24,000 bases of DNA, taken from the NCBI RefSeq assembly GCF_000355675.1, contig NC_020888.1:1730883-1754882 (forward strand). The letters are read 5' to 3'. Position 1 is the first letter of the stretch. Every line of letters starts with the position of its first letter. A program made the translations under genes and the position numbers. The DNA comes from Thalassolituus oleivorans MIL-1 (GTDB taxonomy: Bacteria; Pseudomonadota; Gammaproteobacteria; Pseudomonadales; Oceanobacteraceae). Below the pieces are notes generated by a model that saw only the letters and a list, made by a program, of their open reading frames with translations, searched no databases and was not told the DNA's origin. Positions 1 to 7,385 of this stretch are shown here, piece after piece.

Positions 1-2599
1 TCGAACCAATTTAGCGTCTGTTATTTTACAAATGCTGGATTTGCGTTTAGGCGATATTCGCGATTTCCCCTTTGTTGATGCACCTGATGAGCGCTTTGTA
101 AAAGACGGTTTTACTTTGTTGGCGGAGCTGGAAGCGGTTGATGCGAAAAAGCGTATCACGCCTCTCGGTCAACGAATGGCTCGCTTGCCATTAGACCCCC
201 GTATTGCACGTTTATTAATGGAAGCCGATAAGCAGCAGTGCGTGCGCGAACTAACAATTATTGCTTCGGCTATGACGGTACAAGATCCGCGCGAGCGTCC
301 ACCAGAGAAGCAACAAGCAGCAGCTGAAAAACATAAACTCTGGGCGGATGACGACTCAGATTTTGTTGCCATGATTAATTTATGGAATGCCTACGAAGTT
401 GAACGTCAAGCATTGACTCAAAATCAATTGCGTAAATGGTGTACTAAGCATTTTCTATCATTTATGCGCATGCGTGAGTGGCGTGATATTCACCGCCAGT
501 TACATATTGTATGCAAGGAATTAGGTCTTAAAGAGCGAGACGAAAGCGCTAATTACGAAGCCGTACATAAAGCGCTATTGTCTGGCATGTTAAGTCAGAT
601 CGGTTTCAAGGCTGAGGGGCAAGAATATTTAGGCGCACGAAATCGTCGTTTCTTTTTATTCCCAGGTTCCAGTATTTATAAGAAGGCTCCTAAATGGGTA
701 ATGGCAGCAGAGATGGTTGAGACCTCTCGGCTCTATGCTCGAACGTTAGCCAAAATCGAACCTGAGTGGATCGAAGAGATAGGCAAGCCGTTATTAAAAT
801 ATCAATATTTTGAGCCGCACTGGAGTACGCAACGTGGGCAAGTTTTGGCGTTTGAGCAAAGTACGTTATATGGCTTAATAGTTAATCCGAAAAAGCGGGT
901 TAATTACGCGACTACCCATCCTGAAGAAGCGCGTGAAATTTTAATTACAGAAGGTTTAGTTGCTCAGCGATTAAAGAGTCGAGTGGGATTCTATCAAGAT
1001 AATATCCGGCTATTGCGTGATGTGACTGAATATGAAGAAAAAGCTCGCCGGCGAGATTTAGTATTAGATGATGCCTATTTAGCAGATTTTTATCGTGCTC
1101 ATTTACCGACTCATTTGTTTAGCGCTCGCGATATTGAGCGTTGGTATAACAAGGCCTCAAAAGTAGAGCAGAGTTCGGTTCAATTTACTCGAGATATGCT
1201 GTTAAGTCCGCAGGCATCGGGTATTGGTGTTGATGCCTATCCAGCTGAGTTGGAGTGGCAAGGGTTGGCATTTCCATTGTCTTATTCATTTGCACCGGGC
1301 GCCAGTGATGATGGTGTTACGCTAACAGTGCCTTTGGCGATGTTACGGCAAGTGCCTGAATCTCGTATTGAATGGCTCGTCCCCGGACTTGTCGCCAATA
1401 AAGTGATAGCCATCATTAAAGGCCTGCCGAAGAACATTCGTAAGCAATTTGTCCCTGTGCCAGACACTGCGACTGAGTTTCTCCGGCAAGCAAATCCTGA
1501 TGCTGGCGGATTGTTTGTGCAATTACTTGAGTTTATTAATCGAACTTTAAGACCAAAAATTGAACTGGATGTTCTGCAAAACGGTCAGTTAGAAGCACAC
1601 CTTCAAATGAACATTCGCATTGTGCAAGATGGAAAACAAGTAGAGCAGGGGCGCGATCTACGTGCCTTGATTGAGCGATTTGGTGACGCAGGCCAGGTTC
1701 AAATGCTCACCTTGAGTGATGACCGATATCAGCGTTCAGATATTCAGAAATGGGATTTCGGTTCATTACCGACGGCGACAGAAACTAAAATCAATGGTTT
1801 ACCTGTTCGTGCTTTCCCTTGCCTAAAAGCAACTAAAAGCGGTGTCGAGCTGACGGTTGAAGCCGACTCGGATGCTGCCTTGCAATCACATCGTGAAGGT
1901 GTATTGCATTTGTTGCGGCAATCCTTGTCCCCTCAAGAACGAGATATTAAACAATTAATTCAAAAGTCAATGAAGCCTCATTGGTTGCTGGCTAAAGGAT
2001 TGGGTAGTGAATCAGAGCTGGTAAATGATTTATTGTCGGCGGTATTTGCTCATATATTGTTACCTCAATCCGAACCGTTGCCGAGAAATGAAGACGAATT
2101 TAATCAACGTTTAGATCGCCGTGGTGAGTTGTGGGCCCACGCAGAAACCTTGATGGGATTGTTTGTGGAGTGGCTAAAAATTCGTCATCAAATACTGAAG
2201 CATATGCGCGGGGCTGTTTCACTAGACAAGGCAATGGCCTTCAGTGATGCAAAAGCACATTTAGAGCGGTTACTGGAGCGGGGCTTCATGCTAAAGGCTG
2301 ATTGGCCTCGATTGAAATCATATAGTCGTTACTTGAAAGGGATAGAGTATCGCTTGGATAAATTGCAGGGTAATTTACCCAGAGATCGCCAATCTATGAT
2401 TGAGTTTGAGTCAATTTATACGCCTTGGCGAGATTTGACTGAAAAGAATGATGCTGCGTTGCGTAGTACATTAGTCGAATTTGGCTGGTTGCTCGAGGAG
2501 TTGCGGATATCGTTATTCGCACAGCCGTTAGGTACTCAGGAGCCAGTTTCTCTTAAGCGCCTGCAAAAACGCTGGGCTGATATAGTGCAGGGTGGATAA
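1..2599 (+). CDS. hrpA: ATP-dependent RNA helicase HrpA, C-terminal ~855 aa (5' end lies upstream of the window)
   Basis: The ORF is open to the left edge; the frame continues from nt 2 as RTNLASVILQMLDLRLGDIRDFPFVDAPD. It matches the HA2/OB-fold region and long C-terminal domain of DEAH-box HrpA. The stop is at 2597-2599. Confidence 0.9.
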   Translation, partial: RTNLASVILQMLDLRLGDIRDFPFVDAPDERFVKDGFTLLAELEAVDAKKRITPLGQRMARLPLDPRIARLLMEADKQQCVRELTIIASAMTVQDPRERPPEKQQAAAEKHKLWADDDSDFVAMINLWNAYEVERQALTQNQLRKWCTKHFLSFMRMREWRDIHRQLHIVCKELGLKERDESANYEAVHKALLSGMLSQIGFKAEGQEYLGARNRRFFLFPGSSIYKKAPKWVMAAEMVETSRLYARTLAKIEPEWIEEIGKPLLKYQYFEPHWSTQRGQVLAFEQSTLYGLIVNPKKRVNYATTHPEEAREILITEGLVAQRLKSRVGFYQDNIRLLRDVTEYEEKARRRDLVLDDAYLADFYRAHLPTHLFSARDIERWYNKASKVEQSSVQFTRDMLLSPQASGIGVDAYPAELEWQGLAFPLSYSFAPGASDDGVTLTVPLAMLRQVPESRIEWLVPGLVANKVIAIIKGLPKNIRKQFVPVPDTATEFLRQANPDAGGLFVQLLEFINRTLRPKIELDVLQNGQLEAHLQMNIRIVQDGKQVEQGRDLRALIERFGDAGQVQMLTLSDDRYQRSDIQKWDFGSLPTATETKINGLPVRAFPCLKATKSGVELTVEADSDAALQSHREGVLHLLRQSLSPQERDIKQLIQKSMKPHWLLAKGLGSESELVNDLLSAVFAHILLPQSEPLPRNEDEFNQRLDRRGELWAHAETLMGLFVEWLKIRHQILKHMRGAVSLDKAMAFSDAKAHLERLLERGFMLKADWPRLKSYSRYLKGIEYRLDKLQGNLPRDRQSMIEFESIYTPWRDLTEKNDAALRSTLVEFGWLLEELRISLFAQPLGTQEPVSLKRLQKRWADIVQGG

Positions 2600-2706
2600 G
2601 TCAAATATTTTATAGCGCACGCATCCAATATGTGATTAAAATCGTATCATTGGTTATCGTATGTTAACGATGCAATACTTGACTGCTAACTCACAAGGAA
2701 TAATTT

Positions 2707-3072
2707 ATGAACAAGTCTATCAAATCAGTAAGTGCAATTTTGGGTACCGCTTTTATCGCTGCTATCGCTCAAGCACCTGCGGCCAGTGCTGCTGAGAACC
2801 CATTTGCTTCTGCTGAATTGCAGTCTGGCTACAAACTTGCGGCTCATCATGAAGAAGGTAAGTGTGGCGCCAAGTCTGAAGCTGAAGGCAAGTGTGGTGC
2901 TAAGTCTGAAGGCGAAGGCAAGTGCGGCGAAGGCAAATGTGGCGCGGAAAAGAAAGCTGCACACGAAGGCAAGTGCGGCGCCAAGTCTGAAGGCGAAGGC
3001 AAATGTGGCGCAGAAAAGAAAGCTGCCCATGAAGGTAAGTGTGGCGAAGGTAAGTGCGGCGCTAAGCAGTAA
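2707..3072 (+). CDS. hvfA: Secreted EGKCG-repeat RiPP precursor / metallophore protein (HvfA-like)
   Basis: AAGGAA Shine-Dalgarno about 7 nt upstream of the ATG. Sec signal peptide MNKSIKSVSAILGTAFIAAIAQAPAASA|AE. The mature part contains eight exact EGKCG motifs that hold all 8 Cys of the protein. The stop lies 2 nt before a DUF692 gene. Assignment rests on motif recognition plus gene context. Confidence 0.8.
   Translation: MNKSIKSVSAILGTAFIAAIAQAPAASAAENPFASAELQSGYKLAAHHEEGKCGAKSEAEGKCGAKSEGEGKCGEGKCGAEKKAAHEGKCGAKSEGEGKCGAEKKAAHEGKCGEGKCGAKQ
2854..3057 (+). repeat. In-frame tandem coding repeats: 8 x 15-nt EGKCG units with spacers AKSEA, AKSEG (x2), AEKKAAH (x2), or no spacer (x2)
   Basis: Read directly from the sequence. 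The units are gaa-ggY-aaR-tgY-ggY with differing synonymous codons. A larger block (AKSEGEGKCG..AEKKAAHEGKCG) is duplicated with a one-unit indel. Confidence 0.95.
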
Positions 3073-3074
3073 TT

Positions 3075-3947
3075 ATGGATAAGTCTGCGTTTAATCGTCA
3101 TGTTCAAGGTGCTGGGCTTGGGTTGAGAAGGGGGTTAATGGCTCCCTTGTCCGAGCATGAGCATTTGCCGGTTGATTTTATGGAGATTGCTCCAGAAAAT
3201 TGGATTGGGTTGGGTGGACGATTAGCGCATTCGTTAAGAAGTTATACCGAACGGTATGACTTCTTATGCCATGGTTTGTCGCTTTCTATTGGTAGTCCAG
3301 CGCCGTTAGACCTTAATTTTGTTCGTCAGGTAAAACGCTTTTTAGATGAGCATGGTGTTTTGGCTTACAGCGAGCATCTGAGTTACTGCGGTGATGAGGG
3401 GCATCTATACGATTTGCTTCCGATTCCATTTACTGATGACGCCGTAAACTATGTGGCTGATCGTATTAGTCAGGTGCAAGATATTCTTGGCCAGAGATTA
3501 ATTATCGAAAATGTGTCTGCTTATGCTGAGCCCGGTAAGGCGATGGAGGAAGCTGAGTTTGTGGCTGCTGTGCTTAATAAAGCGGACTGTGATTTGCTGT
3601 TGGATGTGAATAATGTTTACGTGAATAGTATTAATCATGGTTCTGATGCATTGGCATTTATCAAGGCGATGCCAACCGAGCGTATTCGATATTTACACGT
3701 TGCGGGGCATTTTGATGAAGCGCCGGATTTACTCATCGATACTCATGGCGATGCGGTAAAGGATATTGTCTGGGATCTATTAAAGCAGACGTATGAAATA
3801 CATGGCGTGTTACCGACCTTGCTTGAACGCGATTTTAACTTTCCTGCCGTTGAAGACTTATTTGCGGAGTTAGAGCAAATTCGCTCTCTGCAACACGATG
3901 TTGAGAATCAAGGGAAGTCTAGAACGAATGTCCTCCATACCGTTTAA
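3075..3947 (+). CDS. hvfB: Multinuclear non-heme iron oxidative enzyme (MNIO, DUF692 family; MbnB/HvfB/BufB-like)
   Basis: Typical DUF692 TIM-barrel motifs are present: GLGLRR, EIAPENW, HGLSLSIGS, SEHLSY, IENVSAY, LLDVNNVYVNS, HVAGH. The gene sits immediately downstream of the Cys-repeat precursor. Confidence 0.88.
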   Translation: MDKSAFNRHVQGAGLGLRRGLMAPLSEHEHLPVDFMEIAPENWIGLGGRLAHSLRSYTERYDFLCHGLSLSIGSPAPLDLNFVRQVKRFLDEHGVLAYSEHLSYCGDEGHLYDLLPIPFTDDAVNYVADRISQVQDILGQRLIIENVSAYAEPGKAMEEAEFVAAVLNKADCDLLLDVNNVYVNSINHGSDALAFIKAMPTERIRYLHVAGHFDEAPDLLIDTHGDAVKDIVWDLLKQTYEIHGVLPTLLERDFNFPAVEDLFAELEQIRSLQHDVENQGKSRTNVLHTV

Positions 3948-4707
3948 AAGTATTCAGTATCAATTTACGCGGTATATTCGTAGCCGTGGTGAGCAGCCAG
4001 TTGAAACGGAAATAGTTGGCGATATTGAACCGCGTCGGCTGAAAATTTATCGCGATTTATTCTTTAACAATGTCTGTGGATTTCTCGACTCTACCTTTCC
4101 TGTATGCGCAGAAATTCTTGGCGAGCAACGCTGGCGTGAGCTGAGTGAAGAATTTTTCTTAAAGCATGAATGCCACACCCCGTATTTTTTAAAGATCAGT
4201 GAAGAATTCCTACTCTTCTTGGCGCAAGAATATTCGCCGAAAGCTGATGATATACCCTACTTAAAGGAATTGGCTCACTATGAGTGGCTGGAATTGGCCG
4301 TTGATGTGGCTGAGGTAGAGCAGCCTAGGGATTTTGATCCCAATGCCGATTTAAGCAGCCATGTTCCCGTATTAGCTGCGGCGACCGAGGGGGCGTTTTA
4401 TCAATACCCTGTGCACAATGCCTCTGCCGCTAATTCCGCGTTACTGCCACAAGCCACTGCACTGATTGTTTATCGAGACCGACATGATACTGTCCGGTTT
4501 TTACATACGAATCCGTTTACTCTAGGCTTGTTAGTTATACTTCAAGACGAAGAACTAACCGGTCAAGATGCGGTTATTGCCCTGTTGAATCAGGCTGGTA
4601 TGGGATTGTCCGATACGGCTTTGCAGGGCGGTTTACAAATATTAGAACAGTGGCAGGAACAGGGTTTACTATTAGGTGCCAGAATAGATTCAAATAGTGA
4701 CGCTTAA
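3928..4707 (+). CDS. hvfC: DUF2063-family MNIO partner protein (MbnC/HvfC/BufC-like)
   Basis: The N-terminal pattern FQYQFTRYIR...YRDLFFNNV...FP is characteristic of DUF2063 DNA-binding-like partner proteins. It overlaps the end of the DUF692 gene, suggesting translational coupling. The start is ambiguous: ATG at 3898 (50-nt overlap) or ATG at 3928 (20-nt overlap). I chose 3928. Confidence 0.75.
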   Translation: MSSIPFKSIQYQFTRYIRSRGEQPVETEIVGDIEPRRLKIYRDLFFNNVCGFLDSTFPVCAEILGEQRWRELSEEFFLKHECHTPYFLKISEEFLLFLAQEYSPKADDIPYLKELAHYEWLELAVDVAEVEQPRDFDPNADLSSHVPVLAAATEGAFYQYPVHNASAANSALLPQATALIVYRDRHDTVRFLHTNPFTLGLLVILQDEELTGQDAVIALLNQAGMGLSDTALQGGLQILEQWQEQGLLLGARIDSNSDA

Positions 4708-4760
4708 TTCGTTTACAATGGAACGCAAATTTTGATTGTCGATCGTGTGGTGAAAAATCA

Positions 4761-5495
4761 ATGAAAGCAAAAAGTGCTTTGTCGGCCCTACCATCGTTAT
4801 TTGCCTTGGCAATTTGCTCGGTGACGGCACAGGTAGTTGCTCTTGAGGAGAATAACGATCCTTGGGAGGGCTTTAATCGCAAGGTCTTTGCTTTTAATGA
4901 TGGTTTGGATCGTTACGTTCTGCGCCCAGTAGCCGTTAGTTATAACTATATTACTCCAGAATTTGTCGATAATTCGGTAACCAGTATGTACTCTAATGCT
5001 GGTGAAGTCTTAGTTGTTGCAAATGATGTTGCCCAGTTCAAATTGACCCAAGCGTTATCCGATACCGCTCGGTTTATTATCAACTCTACGGTCGGTTTTT
5101 TTGGGGTTTTTGATGTGGCAAGTTCTATCGGATTAGAGCGCCATGACGAAGATTTTGGTCAAACCCTTGGTTATTGGGGGGTTGGTTCGGGTCCATATAT
5201 CGTATTGCCGTTCCTTGGTCCTCGTACGGTTCGAGATGTGGCCGGCAACGCAGTCGATTACTCTTCAAATTTGAGCTATGCCTATTTTGGCAATAATTAT
5301 GCTCAGGATGCTGCATTACTGGGGTTGAAAATTGTCGATCTGCGCTCCGATTTAATCGCCTCAGAAGGGCTGATTAGTGGCGATAAGTACATCTTTTTCC
5401 GCAGCGCTTACCTTCAGCGTCGTGAGTATTTAATCAACGATGGGGTGAGTGAGGATGCATTTGATGATGAATTTGATGTCTTTGGTGATGAATAA
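4761..5495 (+). CDS. mlaA: MlaA/VacJ family outer-membrane lipoprotein (phospholipid asymmetry maintenance)
   Basis: Signal peptide with a Cys (LFALAIC|S), followed by the conserved DPWEGFNRKVFAFND...RPVA..Y motif of VacJ/MlaA, and an acidic C-terminal tail. Confidence 0.85.
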   Translation: MKAKSALSALPSLFALAICSVTAQVVALEENNDPWEGFNRKVFAFNDGLDRYVLRPVAVSYNYITPEFVDNSVTSMYSNAGEVLVVANDVAQFKLTQALSDTARFIINSTVGFFGVFDVASSIGLERHDEDFGQTLGYWGVGSGPYIVLPFLGPRTVRDVAGNAVDYSSNLSYAYFGNNYAQDAALLGLKIVDLRSDLIASEGLISGDKYIFFRSAYLQRREYLINDGVSEDAFDDEFDVFGDE

Positions 5496-5517
5496 TCGTT
5501 AGCCGGAGCATTAAGAC

Positions 5518-5558
5518 AAAAAAAGCCCGCCTAGTAATACTAGGCGGGCTTTTATTTT
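5518..5558. terminator. Bidirectional rho-independent terminator between convergent mlaA and the DAHP synthase gene
   Basis: Perfect 13-bp stem agcccgcctagta / tactaggcgggct (5524-5536 / 5538-5550). It is flanked by an A-run upstream and a T-run downstream, so it can serve both strands. Confidence 0.85.
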
Positions 5559-5567
5559 TCTTGGAGT

Positions 5568-6884
5568 TTATGGCTTGCCGCGAGTTGGCAATACATCTTT
5601 CAATTTAGCGCGCATAGTGCGAATAGCTTCTTCAGTTTCTTCCCAGCTAATACAGCCATCGGTTACTGATAGGCCGTATTCCAAATCACACAGATTGGCG
5701 GGGATATTCTGGCGACCGTGCTTGATGTTTGATTCAACCATTAAGCCAATAATAGATTTGTTGCCATCGAGTATTTGATTACTGACGTTGTCCATTACCA
5801 GTGGCTGCAATGCCGGATTCTTGTTTGAGTTTTCATGGCTGCAATCAACCATGATGTTTTTCATAAGATCCGATTTATCCAGCGCTTGCTCTGCTTGGGC
5901 AACATTCACTGAGTCATAGTTTGGTTTGCCGCCACCGCCGCGCAACACAACGTGACCGTATGGGTTGCCTTTAGTAGAGACAATCGACACGCTGCCAGCC
6001 TGATCAATACCCAGAAAACGATGAGGGTTAGCGACTGACATTAAGGCGTTGGTTGCCACTGTTAAGCTACCGTCAGTGCCGTTTTTGAATCCGACAGCCG
6101 ATGATAATCCAGAAGCCATTTCGCGATGAGTTTGCGATTCGGTAGTACGTGCGCCAATTGCTGACCAAGTAATTAAGTCTTGTAAGTACTGTGGCGAAAT
6201 AGGATCCAGCGCTTCAGTCGATAGAGGCAAGCCGAGTTCAGCTAAATCGATCAATAGCTTGCGCGAAATATGCAGGCCATCATGAATTTTGAACGTATCA
6301 TTCATGTATGGGTCGTTGATTAAACCTTTCCAGCCTACTGTCGTGCGTGGCTTTTCGAAGTAAACACGCATGATCAAGTATAAAGTGTCGCTTACTTCTT
6401 CTGCTAATTCACGCAGACGCATGGCGTAATCTTTTGCCGCTTCAACATCGTGAATTGAACAAGGCCCGATCACAACGAATATGCGGTGGTCTTTGCGATC
6501 AAGGATGTCACGGACGACTTGGCGGCCTTTGCATACACTCGCGATGGCAGCATCCGTAATAGGCATTTCTTTTTTTAGCTGATTTGGAGTAATCAGCGGG
6601 ACGATCGATTCAATATTGAGATCTTCTACGCGATTGTCGGTCATATCGGTTCCTGGCGCTTTTGGGCTGGTGAGGTCTGTATTTTGCTTCGCTGCGGTTG
6701 CTTGGTCCGCATTCGCACGTAATGTTCCGTTGGTTAATGCTTCAATCTGTTTCTGACGGCCAAGTGGAGGCTCATCCCCCCATTGGGATACGGCAGCGCT
6801 GGTTAGCTTCCAGCCGTCATCGGTACACGCTTTTGCGATGGCGCTTTTGGTTTTGAAGTATTGAACGACATCGTTTGTTTTCAT
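5568..6884 (-). CDS. Class I-alpha 3-deoxy-D-arabino-heptulosonate-7-phosphate (DAHP) synthase with an in-frame 80-aa N-terminal Cro/YdaS-like extension
   Basis: Residues 81-438 (MTDNRVEDLNIESIVPLITPNQL...) align end to end with AroF/G/H-type enzymes. Motifs seen: VVIGPCSIHD, KPRTTVGWKGLINDP, IGARTTESQTHRE. The longest ORF adds 80 codons without a stop. The internal ATG at 6642-6644 has its own AGGAA Shine-Dalgarno. The isozyme cannot be assigned. Confidence 0.9.
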   Translation of the reverse strand: MKTNDVVQYFKTKSAIAKACTDDGWKLTSAAVSQWGDEPPLGRQKQIEALTNGTLRANADQATAAKQNTDLTSPKAPGTDMTDNRVEDLNIESIVPLITPNQLKKEMPITDAAIASVCKGRQVVRDILDRKDHRIFVVIGPCSIHDVEAAKDYAMRLRELAEEVSDTLYLIMRVYFEKPRTTVGWKGLINDPYMNDTFKIHDGLHISRKLLIDLAELGLPLSTEALDPISPQYLQDLITWSAIGARTTESQTHREMASGLSSAVGFKNGTDGSLTVATNALMSVANPHRFLGIDQAGSVSIVSTKGNPYGHVVLRGGGGKPNYDSVNVAQAEQALDKSDLMKNIMVDCSHENSNKNPALQPLVMDNVSNQILDGNKSIIGLMVESNIKHGRQNIPANLCDLEYGLSVTDGCISWEETEEAIRTMRAKLKDVLPTRGKP

Positions 6885-7030
6885 ACTAAGCTCAGTGATG
6901 ATAAGTAGGCTTACGATTAAAAGACTACTACCAACTTAAACTTAAGTAAATAGGTTTAGCTAGCTTAATATTTAAGCTGGCATCGAGGCTGAATAATGGT
7001 GGAAGTTAAGTTAACAGGGTGTTTCAGGGC

Positions 7031-7059
7031 GGTGAATTGCATCTGTGATGCAATTCACC
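7031..7059. promoter_or_regulatory. Perfect 13-bp inverted repeat GGTGAATTGCATC-TGT-GATGCAATTCACC (operator or atypical terminator)
   Basis: Read directly. It lies 16 nt downstream of the small HTH ORF stop and about 150 nt upstream of the long DAHP synthase ORF start. No U-tract follows on either strand, so a protein-binding dyad is as likely as a terminator. Confidence 0.4.
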
Positions 7060-7074
7060 GAGAGCAGTGGGGGG

Positions 7075-7251
7075 TTAGCGAAGCTTGGCTTGAAGCGCTT
7101 TAAACTTGTTTACTTTCTCTTCTTCAAACAGCAGTTTTCCTTTGTCAGGAATGCTATCGAGAAGGCCTTCTTTGGCATAGCGCTTCACTGTTACTGGCTT
7201 TAAGCCAAGAATGTCACAAACTTGCTCTGTGGTTAGTAGATTTTGCGTCAC
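7075..7251 (-). CDS. Small (58 aa) MerR-superfamily / excisionase-type HTH protein (HTH_17-like)
   Basis: This ORF is not in the supplied track because it is under 60 aa. It has a GTG start preceded by GAGGAG with a 7-nt spacer. Translation: VTQNLLTTEQVCDILGLKPVTVKRYAKEGLLDSIPDKGKLLFEEEKVNKFKALQAKLR. The T.EQV...LG....TV.R....G pattern is typical of Xis/AlpA-like HTH proteins. Confidence 0.6.
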   Translation of the reverse strand: MTQNLLTTEQVCDILGLKPVTVKRYAKEGLLDSIPDKGKLLFEEEKVNKFKALQAKLR

Positions 7252-7385
7252 GTGTTATCTCCTCTTTTATAAGAGTGTAGTAACGCTTTTGCGGGCATTG
7301 CTCAAAGAGCCGGCATTTGTTGCTGACTAACCTGCCATGGCCAAATCCATTTCCTTTGAGAGCTACACGTTTGATATTTACCTAG

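Noticed and set aside
2600-2706. Short direct and inverted ATCGT repeats (atcgtatcattggttatcgtatgttaacgat) upstream of hvfA as a possible metal-regulator operator
   Set aside because: The arms are only 5-7 bp long in an AT-rich spacer. I cannot match them to a known CueR, CopR, Fur or Zur box, so they are too weak to call without comparative data.
2854-3057. Short direct repeats that might suggest a CRISPR array or a non-coding tandem repeat
   Set aside because: The units are 15 nt long, in frame, often contiguous without spacers, and encode an exact peptide motif inside a gene that has a start, a Shine-Dalgarno and a signal peptide. No CRISPR-like repeat-spacer periodicity and no cas genes are present.
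2725-3107. Three additional long ORFs across the hvfA repeat region: 2725-3030 minus, 2847-3107 minus, 2732-3082 plus
   Set aside because: They are shadow ORFs created by the GC-rich, stop-poor repeats. Their translations are low-complexity (PHLPS.., KASAA..) and they lack Shine-Dalgarno sequences and signal peptides. The frame with the Shine-Dalgarno, the signal peptide and the EGKCG motifs explains the region.
4574-4882. 102-aa minus-strand ORF spanning the hvfC end and the mlaA start
   Set aside because: It is antisense to two well-supported genes and crosses their intergenic region. Its composition is not protein-like and it has no Shine-Dalgarno.
5568-7251. Cro-like and excisionase-like HTH modules as evidence of a prophage or integrative-element remnant
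   Set aside because: There is no integrase, no att-like direct repeats, no phage structural or replication genes and no tRNA target nearby. The surrounding genes are housekeeping. I report them as isolated regulatory modules instead.
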